Part shown: positions 14,033 through 37,600 of the stretch, in pieces
Numbering within the stretch: position 1 is the first letter of the stretch
Layout: every line of letters begins with the position of its first letter
From: Mizuhopecten yessoensis
Taxonomy: Eukaryota
DNA: 64,000 nt
Reading direction: 5' to 3'
Assembly: GCF_002113885.1 (NCBI RefSeq)
Contig: NW_018407755.1
Coordinates: forward strand, 333,343-397,342
Notes under the pieces: generated by a model
Database searches by the model: none
What the model was told of the DNA's origin: nothing
What the model saw: only the letters and a program-made list of their open reading frames with translations
Position numbers and translations under genes: made by a program

Positions 14033-15240
14033 CGCGCTAGACACAAAAAATCGACATCATACTTTGGAAGTTAATTGGTCTGGACACTTTTGTTTAAGAA
14101 TTCAGGAGATTTTTTTCTGGATAAATGAAACCGGAATATTACTGTTTTCGTCCTACTTCATGCTAATTTCAGTGCGATTCACCTGGTCTTTAAACAAAAA
14201 CGATGGCCTTTGATGTAAAAGTTCGGAGAAAATCGTGCATTTTTTTCCAAAACGATCTCTTAAATTACTTGCACTTATATTTTTTTGTATTTATCTAGAA
14301 TTGTATGCAGCATTAAGATATTCCTTTGAACGATCATAGATATGAGACAACACGAATTACTCTCACACTTGCAATTTCTGCTAGACAGGAACATATGTTA
14401 AGCTGAGAATGCATATGAATAATTACACTGTAAAAGCAACTGAAGCTGATAAATCCGTCCTTTCTCGAACAGGTTGCTTGACCCAACCATTTCTTATAGA
14501 TATATACGTTTAGGCCAGGATTGAAGCTATTTACTTTTTTCATGTAAAAATATCGTCCATGCAAATAAAAGAAGATACGCCATTATACATAAGGATTGCC
14601 CTGTACTTTGACGGCGTATACGGTAGCATAAACGCATATGGCAACGGTTACATCCTATGCCATGCGTTAGCACTCCATAAAGAATATGTTTGTTTACAAC
14701 TGCATTCATGCTCACGTATACGCCGTCAAAATGTAGGCAGCACACCATAGGATATATTCGTTGCCAAAAGCGTTCATGCTACCATAAGCGCCGTCAAAAT
14801 GAAGGTGTTCTTTATATTTACATCCAAAACGCGTTAAAATGCTTGTACGAAGGAAACGAGATACACAGTCGGAGTAGGTTCCTACGATGGTAACTACGGT
14901 AGCAAACATAACAATTTAACGCCAAAATAGAATATTTAAAATGCAGGTAGTTCAGTTATTTTAATGTGCTGATGGATTGAAAAATCTATCAAGTCAGATG
15001 ATCCTGTCTGAGATGCGAGGAATTTATGTCTGTTACTGTAGACAATATAAGTAAGGTTTAAATGATCAACGGAGAGAGTTTGAAACGAAATCCTTTGTTG
15101 GCAGAATAAATCTATTTTCATAACTAAAATCGTTTGTACTTTAATAATTTTTTCCCAATTTGTACTTTCTGCAGTGATAAGTCTATATTTCGCTGGTACT
15201 ATAAAAGTTATTTAGATATATTTATATAATGAACATGTCA

Positions 15241-15299
15241 CAACTTTTATTTTTGCTGATGTTGAACGATGCGTTCAACATCAGCAAAAACAAAAGTTG
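15241..15299. repeat. near-perfect palindrome (28-bp arms, 3-nt loop)
   Basis: caactttt-a-tttttgctgatgttgaacg / atg / cgttcaacatcagcaaaaa-c-aaaagttg; one mismatch. Confidence 0.9.
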
Positions 15300-16702
15300 A
15301 CATCTCCGCAAAAATGACACATTTTACTTTAAACGGACACATTTTAATGCAGTCAACTTTTTGCACTTTATCGACTTAAACGTACAAGCGCATTGATGAC
15401 TTTGTGCGCCCACAAAATATGCAATAGAAAACATGAACTCCAATTGCCGCAACATAATTTAGCGTAATATTTAATCGCTAAAATAAGACTACCGCTAAAA
15501 TGAGTACGTTTACAGTATGTAATGAAAAGCTTTGACTAGACAATATTTAAAATATTTATTAAAGTACTAGATGTTCTTTTATGTTGATTGATTAGTGTTT
15601 TTGTTTTTTGAAGTATTATTTGAAGAATCAGACATTACTTATTGTTATTGCAAACAGTTATGAATATATGCTGTTTCTATTGTTTCATTATACAGTATAC
15701 AGTTATACCTACTTGAAATTTCAGTAAGTGGTTTATCTTAATTATTCGTTACTGTAACATTGATAAATTAACCAGATTCTTAACCAGAATTCTTTTATCT
15801 GACTTCAAAGATGCAAAATCGGAATTTCTTTGATATTGTTTAAGGGACTTCAGATTATTTGAACACAATCGTTTACTCAAAGCTATACTTATCACATTCA
15901 GATCAGGTCGTTATTGTCGAATTTTCCGTTCTATTATCTGTTTGACCAGGAACAGTCACTTTGTATAAGAGGTGTTCATATTGTTCTTGTGGTCTCATTG
16001 AAATCTCTTCATATATAACTTGTATCAATGTCTGTATTAAAATAGAGTAGGATGAATAACTTACTTATTATCCGGTTCCTACTCTAAAGTCTATATATGC
16101 TGAGTTTGATAGATTGATTTTTCTACGTATTGATTGCCAGACAACATCGTTCATGGGGCTCTAAAACATGTTTATTTACTGGTTATGTTAATGTCGTAGT
16201 AACTGGCACTTATCAATAAATTATTACCATGGAAACGTGTTTGAGTTGGCTCTTAATTCTGTATTATATTTTGGTTAAAATATCTCTTTCATGTTGACAT
16301 GTTGCAAATGAGTTAAGGGGATAACTATCTGGAATAATGAGGCTCAGTATGAGATGAGCAGTTTTGCATCCGAAAATTGACCATCAATATTTAACTACAT
16401 GTGTTAACAACCCAGCCAGAACTGTGTGTGTGTGTGTTTATCTGTTTGTCGGTGGAAAGAAGGAGAAAAGGAGAGTGAGAGAGAACGACAAATGGTAGGT
16501 GTATAGAAGATAGAGAGAGTATTATATTGACAAAGCGCGGCAGATATACAGAGACACGGAGACGTAGGTAGAATAGGGAGCATGGATATAATATGTACAT
16601 GTACAGTACTATGGTACAGGTAAATATGTCTCTCTATTACAGAAAAAAGCTAACGCTTAAAAAACGAAATTATAAATTTTATTGAACATTACATTAGCAA
16701 TC

Positions 16703-26185
<9,483 letters not shown>

Positions 26186-27121
26186 CTTCAACTGAAACAA
26201 AGCAATGTATTAAAGAACTATATAAATAGCAAACCACAGCAAACCACTACCTGAGTGGCTTGGTGTCTAGATTGTTATATAGCTTTTGAAAGCCATTTCG
26301 ATGTTAGGCACGAGTTCCAATCCCCTCGTCTGGTATTTAAAAATTCAAGAAAAATTCTGAAACGTTACCTTTCAAGAACTGTGAAATCCACCTATATATT
26401 TTATGCGTATATAGGATGTGATAATTTACAAATTTTCAAGCAGGACTGGATTTAATTATGAAATTAAAGTTCAAAATAAAACATATCGTCTCCTCAGGAT
26501 TCAAATGATTACAAACAAACAAAAATGAATAAATAAATGATAAATTAATAAATAAATAAAAATGCAATACATTGTAAACAAACGAAAACAGGCCCGAACT
26601 ATGTCAATAATGACAAGAAAACAACATAAACCTATGAACACTCCGTATGATAGACCAATTTTTCTGTTTGCTCTAAAGAAAGGTAAAACACAATGCAAGG
26701 TGTTTTTTCAGCAAAATACGTGGTTACGTCTTATTTAGTAATTGTTCAAATGTACTTGAAATTGCAACAGTCAAACATTTTACATAGGTATTTCTGAACG
26801 CTAAGCGTCTTCTGCCTCATCGATAAAACCTATCATGTTAATCTAGATCAAATCAAATTCATGTCATGTCCTCAAAAAAAAAAGGTCGTATCATCAAAAC
26901 CCCAATATAAACTTTCATAACAAGTTTCATCTTATTTTATAGCTCATGAATATGATAGCTCAGTACATAAGTACACACCAGGAACTCTAATTGACTTAAT
27001 GCAGCAATAACTAGGGAGACACCAAAACGACACGGGAAGCATCATGAAACGGTACTTACATGAGAGGTGGTGCTTTCAATTAAGTCCGCCACACAATGAT
27101 CTAAAGGCGCCCCTGGAAATG

Positions 27122-27129
27122 TTTAAATA
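27122..27129 (-). promoter_or_regulatory. candidate TATA-like box of cellulase A
   Basis: TATTTAAA on the minus strand ~60 nt upstream of a GTAAGT donor at 27059 (putative 5' UTR exon). The ATG exon is preceded by an acceptor at 26192-26193. Confidence 0.3.
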
Positions 27130-27590
27130 CCCTGGACAGTCTTATCTGGTCGAATACTTGCGTTACATATTTACAAAGCGTTCATAGTCAGGCGGTAAGT
27201 GGAATACCTAGGTCGCCCACCTTATCAGTAGAAATTCACGTCTTTCAAATAGCCTACACACGAATGACCAACTCATCAATTCCCAGGGTCAAATAGTTCA
27301 TCTAGACCTTAATCAAGCACATAATGTTGTACTTAAACATAATGCACCTAAATTAGGTTATGGCCTTGTAATGTACAGCTCAATGTTCGTAAACACACAA
27401 TATTTTATCAGAAGCCGCAGACATTTTATTATTACCGTAGATCAATGTAATTGAAAGATAATGTGTCACTCTTTGTTAAATTTCTTTAAACATACTTTAC
27501 AGACATAGATATGATACTGTTAACCGGATTATTGTTAAGCTTTAACTGAAAAACATTCAAGTTTAGCCACATACTGTACAACATTGTAAC

Positions 27591-27596
27591 GTTGTT

Positions 27597-27629
<33 letters not shown>

Positions 27630-27637
27630 GATGTTGT
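27591..27637. repeat. (GTT)n microsatellite
   Basis: Direct reading; produces the poly-N run in ORF 27486..27731. Confidence 0.95.
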
Positions 27638-28330
27638 CTTGCACCTTCGTTACACCTGCTGAACGCATTTTCTGTGAATGTACTGGGTTCCTCGTTGTTT
27701 TAAATATGCATATTTTGCTTTTCGTTACCAAACTTATCTAATTGTATTTCCTTTCTTTTTGTATTAAATCTGCATATTTTGCGGTTTCTTTTTGCTTTTT
27801 GCTATGAATACTTGTGAAAGCTTAACTTGCTAAATCGTACAATGTACCACATGACCGTTTTGAGATACTACCTTTGATTTCGTAATATTAGTGTAGTGGG
27901 TGTCCCACTAGGCGTTCCATGGCTGCCCCTGTTTAACGCCTCTGATAATGAACAGTGCAGAAAATGATAACGCAATGGTTAATAGGGTTAATGGATTTTT
28001 GATATTGTTATTAAAATGATTTTACACGAATTATATCGATTCTTTTAGTAATAGTAAAAGGTTAAAATTGCCTTCTATTGGATATAAGAAGGAATATATA
28101 TTAAAAAAAAATCGAGAGTAATATGTTTAAGAGACCATTTCTTGTCATGATATTGTTCAAAATATGAATTTATTTTATAGGTTAATTTGAATACGTTAAC
28201 TGGCCTTTTTTTACATCAAACACGGTAATCTGTTTCTTAAAGCTGCATTTATCAAATCACGGATATCCTATGGTGGCAAACATGCATGTGTCTGAATGTT
28301 CTATGATTTAACTAACCAAATAAAGTTCTG

Positions 28331-28585
28331 GGCCTGTATTAATGAAAGCGTTCTCATGCGTAAGCATGGATTTAATGCTCAAGACTGATTTCTTGTCCTT
28401 GTTATAACTTAATAAATAAATATTATTTTCTCAATGATTTGGAAACATGTTAAAGAGATTTAAAGCCACATTCTGTTTTCAATGTTTACATTGGACTTTT
28501 TAACACGTTATAAGCGACCTACAAAAAGTTCGTTTGATCACAGAATCCACGCTTGAGATTGTGAACGGTTTCATGAATACGGGCC
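28331..28585. mobile_element. PIF/Harbinger-like MITE
   Basis: TIR ggcc(c/t)gtatt(c/a)atgaaa..ttctca; CTG 3-bp TSD on both sides. Confidence 0.75.
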
Positions 28586-28640
28586 CTGTTCTTAGTGCTA
28601 TCAACCGTTGTACTAGTTTGTTCTGCCAATTCTTGTCCGT

Positions 28641-31600
28641 GTCCTCAACTAGAGAATCGGTTTTTATGTCTGTGTTGTTGACTTATCTACGTAAGTTCGG
28701 TTATATGGTTTTCATTCCTATACTTTTTATTGCTGCATTAGAACATTATAAGCACGGATTATTATTAGACCCTTTCATGCCAAGGGGTAAGAATTTCCAA
28801 ACAGAATGGTTTCAAATTTTACGGCAATTTGAAAATACCGAGGGTGGAATTTCCTAATTTACATCTCTGAGCATGAACAAGTGTTGTTGTTAACCCCCCT
28901 CGGTGACATCCTCCAAACAAGTAACAAAGACGTTGGTTTCAGCACATAATCCAAGCTTGAGCATGAGAACGGTTTCATGAATACGGGCCCTGTTCTTAGT
29001 GCTATCAACCTTTGTACTAGTTTGTTCTGCCAATTCTTGTCCGTGTGCAGATAAATCAAATCATTTGGTCAACCTTGACTTTTTAACATACTATAATGTA
29101 CCACGTGACCGTTTTGTGTTGTTGTCTCTGTTTTCGTAATATCGTTGAAGTGGGTGTTTCTTATCTGTCTTTGATGAACACCTGTGATGGTGACGAATAC
29201 AGAAATTTGTAATATAACGGTCAATGCAGCAATTGTATTTATTGAATGACCATTTCTTTACATAAATTATATGAATTTATTAATTTTTCTTATATGGGCC
29301 CAGGAAATAGTCACAGGTCGGCGGTTCTCTCCGGGTATTCCGGTTTCCCTCCAACACCAAAACCTATATGAGGCCAAAAACAGTTACCCTACATGTTCCT
29401 TCCCTTATCTTTTCCATTTATCCTAAAACAAAATTTGCAATTATCAAAGAAGTACTGTTAATTTATAGATGACTCGTCTATATAAACCTTATAAAAATAT
29501 TGAAAAATACATATGATTTACTACCTACCCACCCTTTTTATTTCAAACATGTATAATAACAATATGCAAACACAAAATCAAGTATAATGGGCTAAATTTG
29601 GAACAAAGAAAAGATTGACATGAATACCCTTGAAAAAGCTCATGGACAACAAGAATTGGTAATTCGGAAAAGTAGGAGCTTGTCTGCATCAAAGACGCCC
29701 ACCATTAAAATCTAGGTCAGATCTTAATAATGTCATATATACGTCAAAGGAAGAACCGGGGTAATTTCGTTCTCGTTATTTATGTACTTATTTATTCATT
29801 TATTCAATTTGTCATATCAACTTCCGTTTCGGTTTTGCCTCTACATCTTGCCCTTGTGTTGACGCAGTGGTGTATTTTTTTATTTCTACAATTTGTTAAA
29901 ATAGAAAGTATTATTCTCCTTCCTCCACATAACAACAATCTTGCTTCAAGATATTAACTCTTTAACCAATTTGATGCTATTTTGATGGATTTACATTGTA
30001 ATAATTATTTTCATCGATATTCTGGTTAATTCATTGTTCGTAGTGTTGTATCCATTCATAAGATAGTTTTTCCAACATTATCTCTGATTTATCATATTTG
30101 AGTAATGGATGTCCTCATTCTTTGTATATGAACCTAGAAAATTGATGTTCCGTTCATAGTACTGTGAACGAACCCTTGTGCCAGTTTATGACCTACACAC
30201 TCTGTGATATAACCTCTGATTTTCTCAGACTGCTGTACTGTGTGCCCTGACGGGTGATTATTATCTGTCCTAGTTTACAGTATTTGATGGTAACCAATAC
30301 AGAAGATTGGATCGTAATGGTCAATACAACACCACGTTTTGAAACCTGAATATTTATGTCTTTATGAATTTTCATTTAAGTTTATTGCGATCAATATGGA
30401 GAATAGGCAAATTAATCAAATTCAGAAAAACTCCTCATGCGAGTTAAGTTTCAGGAGTTTATTCACTGTCGAGGACAGGATCTATTATTCCTAAAATTAT
30501 CAAACTGAAGGTGTGGATTATTTGCATTTAATGTCTTTTAATTGCCTTCTGACAGATGAAACAAGACATGTACTAAATGTGGTACAGGAAATGGCAACAT
30601 TTCCGTAGTACCTAGTGCTCTGTTAGGATACATGAATAAATGTAAAAGAAATGTCTATAAAACTGTAATTCAAACTTCTAAACCGATAAAATTGTACAAA
30701 AGCTATTTAAGGAAAGATTTACATGGAGATCCTTCCAAATGTTGGAGAAGAATAAGACAAGGTATTCTGGACGGGTAGATGTTCTCTGCTTCATCGACGA
30801 CACCAATAATGGAAATCTAGGTCAAATCAATGTAATGTCACGTCCTCAACTAGAGAATCGGATGTTGTTGTTTGTTATGTCTGTGTTGTTGACTTTTTGT
30901 ATCTACGTAAGTTCGGTTATATGGTTTTCTTGCCTATACCTTTTATTGCTACATTAGAACATTATAAGCACGGATTATTATTATACCCTTTCATGCCCAG
31001 GGGTAAGAATTTCCAAACAGAATGGTTTCAAATTTTACGGCAATTTGAAAATACCGAGGGTGGAATTTCCTAATTTACATCTCTGAGCATGAACAAGTGT
31101 TGTTGTTAACCCCCTCGGTGACATCCTCCAAGCAAGTAACAAAGAAGTTGGTTTCAGCACAGAATCCAAGCTTGAGCATGAGAACGGTTTCATGAATACG
31201 GGCCCTGTTCTTAGTGCTATCAACCTTTGTACTAGTTTGTTCTGCCAGTTCTTGTCCGTGTGCAGATAATCAACTCATTTGGTCAACCTTGACTTTTTAA
31301 CATACCATAATGTACCACGTGACCGTTTTGTGTTATTGTCTCTGTTTTCGTAATATCGTTGAAGTGGGTGTTTCTTATCTGTCTTTGATGAACACCTGTG
31401 ATGGTGACGAATACAGAAATTTGTAATATAACGGTCAATGCAGCAATTGTTTTTATTAAATGACCATTTCTTTACATAAATTATATGAATTTAATAATTT
31501 TTCTGATATGGGCCCAGGAAATAGCCACAGGTCGGCGGTTCTTCTCCGGGTATTCCGGTTTTTCTCCATCACCAAAACCTATATGAGGCCAAAAACAGTT

Positions 31601-34600
31601 ACCTTATATGTTCCTTCCCTTATCTTTTCCATTTACCCTTAAACAATTATCAAAGAAGTACTGTTAATTAATAGATGACTCGTCTATATAAACCTTATAG
31701 AAATATTGAAAAATACAATTGATTTCCTACCTACCCACCCTATTTCTTTCAAACATGTTTAATAACATTATGCAAACACAAAATCAAGTATAATGGGCTA
31801 AATTTGGAAAAAGAAAAGATTGACATGAAGACACTTGAAAAAGCTCATGGACATCAAGAATTGGTAATTCGGAAAAGTAGGAGCTTGTCTGCATCAAAGA
31901 CGCCCACCATTAAAATCTAGGTCAGATCCATGTAATGTCATATATACGTCAAAGGAAGAACCGGGGTAATTTCGTTCTCGTTATTTATGTACTTATTTTA
32001 CTCATTTATTCAATTTGTCATATCAACTTCCGTTTCGGTTTTGCCTCTACATGTTGCCCTTGTGTTGACGCAGTGGTGTATTTTTTTTATTTCTACAATT
32101 TGTTAAAATAGAAAGTATTACTCTCCTTCCTCCAAATAACAACGATCTTGCTTCAAAATATTAACTCTTTAACCAATTTGATGCTATTTTGATGGATTTA
32201 TATTGTAATAATTATTTTCATCGATATTCTGGTTAATTCATTGTTCGTAGTGCTGTATCCATTCATAAGATTGTTTTTCCAACATTATCCCTGATTTATC
32301 ATATTTAAGTAATGAATGTCCTCATTCTCTGTATATTAACCTAGAAAATTGATGTTCCGTTCATAGTACTGTGAACGAACCATTGTGCCAGTTTATGACC
32401 TACATACTCTGTGATATAACCTCTGATTTTCTCAGACTGCTGTACTGTGTGCCCTGACGGGTGATTATTATCTGTCCTAGTTTACAGTATTTGATGGTAA
32501 CCAATACAGAAGAATGGATCGTAATGGTCAATACAACACCATGTTTTGAAACCTGAATATTTATGTCTTTATGAATTTTCATTTAAGTTTATTGCGATCA
32601 ATATGGAGAATAGGCAAATTAATCAAATTCAGAAAAACTCCTCATACGAGTTAAGTATTCAGGAGTTTATTCACTGTCGAGGACAGGATCTATTATTCCT
32701 AAAATTATCAAACTAAAGGCGTGGATTATGTGCCTTTAATGTCTTTAAATTGCCTTCTGACAGATGAAACAAGACATGTACTAAATGTGGTACAGGAAAT
32801 GGCAACATTTCCGTAGTACCTAGTGCTCTGTTAGGATACATGAATAAATGTAAAAGAAATGTCTATAAAACTGTAATTCAAACTTCTAAACCGATAAAAT
32901 TGTACAAAAGCTATTTAAGGAAATATTTACATGGAGTTCCTTCCAAATGTTGGAGAAGAATAAGACAAGGTATTCTGGACGGGTAGATGTTCTCTGCTTC
33001 ATCGACGACACCAATAATGGAAATCTAGGTCAAATCCATTTAATGTCACGTCCTCAACTAGAGAATCGGATGTTGTTGTTTGTTATGTCTGTGTTGTTGA
33101 CTTTTTGTATCTACGTAAGTTCGGTTATATGGTTTTCTTGCCTATACCTTTTATTGCTACATTAGAACATTATAAGCACGGATTATTATTAGACCCTTTC
33201 ATGCCAAGGGGTAAGAATTTCCAAACAGAATGGTTTCAAATTTTACGGTAATTTGAAAAATACCGAGGGTGGAATTCCCTAATTTACATCTCTGAGCATG
33301 AACAAGTGTTGTTGTTAACCCCCCTCGGTGACATCCTCCAAGCAAGTAACAAAGAAGTTGGTTTCAGCACAGAATCCAAGCTTGAGCATGATAACGGTTT
33401 CATGAATACGGGCCCTGTTCTTAGTGCTATCAACCTTTGTACTAGTTTGTTTTGCCAAGTCTTGTCCGTGTGCAGATAAATCAACTCATTTGGTCAACCT
33501 TGACTTTTTAACATACTATAATGTACCACGTGACCGTTTTGTGTTGTTGTCTCTGTTTTCGTAATATCGTTGAAGTGGGTGTTTCTTATCTGTTTGTGAT
33601 GAACACCTGTGATGGTGACGAATACAGAAATTTGTAATATAACGGTCAATGCAGCAATTGTTTTTATTAAATGACCATTTCTTTACATAAATTATATGAA
33701 TTTAATATTTTTTCTTACATGGGCCCAGGAAATAGCCACAGGTCGGCGGTTCTTCTCCGGGTATTCCGGTTTCCCTCCACCACCAAAACCTATATGAGGC
33801 CAAAAACCGTTACCCTACATGTTCCTTCCCTTATCTTTTCCATTTACCCTAAAACAAAATTTGCAATTATCAAAGAAGTACTGTTAATTAATAGATGACT
33901 CGTCTATATAAACCTTTTAAAAATATTGAAAAATACAATTGATTTCCTACCTACCCACCCTATTTCTTTCAAACATGTATAATAACATTATGCAAACACA
34001 AAATCAAGTATAATGGGCTAAATTTGGAAAAAGAAAAGATTGACATGAAGACACTTAAAAAAGCTCATGGACAACAAGAATTGGTAATTCGGAAAAGTAG
34101 GAGCTTGTCTGCATCAGAGACGCCCACCATTAAAATCTAGGTCAGATCCAAATAATGTCAATTATACATCAAAGGAAGAACCGGGGTAATTTCGTTCTCA
34201 TTATTTATGTACTTATTTATTCACATATTCAATTTGTCATATCAACTTCCGTTTCGGTTTTGCCTCTACATCTTGCCCTTGTGTTGACGCAGTGGTGTAT
34301 TTTTTTATTTCTACAATTTGTTAAAATAGAAAGTATTATTCTCCTTCCTCCACATAACAACGATCTTGCTTCAAAATATTAACTCTTTAACCAATTTGAT
34401 GCTATTTTGATGGATTTACATTGTAATAATTATTTTCATCGATATTTTGGTTAATTCATTGTTCGTAGTGTTGTATCCATTCATAAGATTGTTTTTCCAA
34501 CATTATCTCTGATTTATCATATTTGAGTAATGGATGTCCTCATTCTCTGTATATTAACCTAGAAAATTGATGTTCCGTTCATAGTACTGTGAACGAACCC

Positions 34601-37600
34601 TTGTGCCAGTTTATGACCTACATACTCTGTGATATAACCTCTGATTTTCTCAGACTGCTGTACTGTGTGCCCTGAGGGGTGATTATTATCTGTCCTAGTT
34701 TACAGCATTTGATGGTAATCAATACAGAAGATTGGATCGTAATGGTCAATACGACACCATGTTTTGAAACCTGAATATTTATGTCTTTAGGAATTTTCAT
34801 TTAAGTTTTTTGCGATCAATATGGAGAATAGACAAATTAATCAAATTCAGAAAAACTACTCATACGAGTTAAGTATTCAGGAGTTTATTCACTGTCGAGG
34901 ACAGGATCTATTATTCCTAAAATTATCAAACTAAAGGCGTGGATTATGTGCCTTTAATGTCTTTTAATTGCCTTCTGACAGATGAAGCAAGACATGTACT
35001 TAAGTGGTACAGGAAATGGCAACATTTCCGTAGTACCTAGTGCTCTATTAGGATACATGAACAAATGTAAAAGAAATGTCTATAAAACTGTAATTCAAAC
35101 TTCTAAACCGATAAAACTGTACAAAAACAATTTAAGGAAATATTTACATGGAGATCCTTCCAAACATTGGAGAAGAATAAGACAAGGTATTCTGGACGGG
35201 TAGTGGTTTCTGCTTCATCGACGACACCAATAATGGAAATCTAGGTCAAATCCATTTAATGTCACGTCCTCAACTAGAGAATCGGATGTTGTTGTTTTTT
35301 AAGTCTGTGTTGTTGACTTTTTGTATCTACTTAAGTTCGGTTATATGGTTTTCTTGCCTATACTTTTTATTGCTACATTAGAACATTATAAGCACGGATT
35401 ATTATTATACCCTTTCATGCCCAGGGGTAAGAATTTCCAAACAGAATGGTTTCAAATTTTACGGCAATTTGAAAATACCGAGGGTGGAATTTCCTAATTT
35501 ACATCTCTGAGCATGAACAAGCGTTGTTGTTAACCCCCCTCGGTGACATCCTCCAAACAAGTAACAAAGAAGTTGGTTTCAGCACAGAATCCAAGCTTGA
35601 GCATGAGAACGGTTTCATGAATACGGGCCCTGTTCTTAGTGCTATCAACCTTTGTACTAGTTTGTTCTGCCAATTCTTGTCCGTGTGCAGATAATCAACT
35701 CATTTGGTCAACCTTGACTTTTTAACATACTATAATGTACCACGTGACCGTTTTGTGTTGTTGTCTCNTGCAATTGTATTTATTGAATGACCATTTCTTT
35801 ACATAAATTATATGAATTTAATATTTTTTCTGATATGGGCCCAGGAAATAGTCACAGGTCGGCGTTTCTTCTCCGGGTATTCCGGTTTCCCTCCACCACC
35901 AAAACCTATATGAGGCCAAAAACAGTTACCCTACATGTTCCTTCCCTTATCTTTTCCATTAACCCTAAAACAAAATTTGCAATTATCAAAGAAGTACTGT
36001 TAATTTATAGATGACTCGTCTATATAAACCTTATAAAAATATTGAAAAATACATATGATTTACTACCTACCCACCCTTTTTATTTCAAACATGTATAATA
36101 ACAATATGCAAACACAAAATCAAGTATAATGGGCTAAATTTGGAACAAAGAAAAGATTGACATGAAGACACTCGAAAAAGTTCATGGACAACAAGAATTG
36201 GTAATTCGGAAAAGCAGGAGCTTGTCTGCATCAAAGACGCCCACCATTAAAATCTAGGTCAGATCCAAGTAATGTCATAAATACGTCAAACGAAGAACCA
36301 GGGTAATGTCGTTCTCGTTATTTATTTATTTATTTATTCATTTATTCAATTTGTCATGTCAACTTCCGTTTCGGTTTTGCCTCTACATGTTGCCATTGTG
36401 TTGACGCAGTGGTGTATTATTTGTATTTCTACAATTTGTTAAAATAGAAAGTATTCCTCCACATAACAACAATCTTGCTTCAAGATATTAACTCTTTAAC
36501 CAACATGATGCTATTTTGATGGATTTACATTGTAATAATTATTTTCATCGATATTTTGGTTAATTCATTGTTCGTAGTGTTGTATCCATTCATAAGATTG
36601 TTTTTCTAACATTATCTCTGATATATCATATTTGAGTAATGGATGTCCTCATTCTCTGTATATGAACCTAAAAAATTGGTGTTCCGTTCATAGTACTGTG
36701 AACGAACCATTGTGCCAGTTTATGACCTACACACTCTGCAATATAACCTCTGATTTTCTCAGACTGCTGTACTGTGTGCCCTGAGGGGTGATTATTATCT
36801 GTCCTAGTTTACAGTATTTGATGGTAACCAATACAGAAGATTGGATCGTAATGGTCAATACAACAGTTTTAAAGCCTGAATATTTATGTCTTTATGAATT
36901 TTCATTTAAGTTTATTGCGATCAATATAGAGAATAGGCAAATCAATCAAATTCCGAAAAACTCCTCATACGAGTTAAGTATTCAGGAGTTTATTCACTGT
37001 CGAGGACAGGATCTATTATTCCTAAAATTATCAAACTAAAGGCGTGGATTATGTGCCTTTAATGTCTTTTAATTGCCTTCTGACAGATGAAACAAGACAT
37101 GTACTTAATGTGGTACAGGAAACGGCAACATTTACGTAGTACCTAGTGCTCTGTTAGGATACATGCATAAAGGTAAAAGAAATGTCTATAAAACTGTAAT
37201 TCAAACTTCTAAACCGATAAAATTGTACAAAAGCTATATAAGGAAATATTTACATGGTGATCCTTCCAAATGTTGGAGAAGAATAAGACAAGGTATTCTG
37301 GACGGGTAGATGTTCTCTGCTTCATCGACGACACCAATAATGGAAATCTAGGTCAAATCCATTTAATGTCACGTCCTCAACTAGAGAATCGGATGTTGTT
37401 GTTTGTTATGTCTGTGTTGTTGACTTTTTGAATCTACGTAAGTTCGGTTATATGGTTTTCTTGCCTATACCTTTTATTGCTACATTAGAACATTATAAGC
37501 ACGGACTATTATTAGACCCTTTCATGCCCAGGGGTAACAATTTCCAAACAGAATGGTTTCAAATTTTACGGCAATTTGAAAATACCGAGGGTGGAATTTC

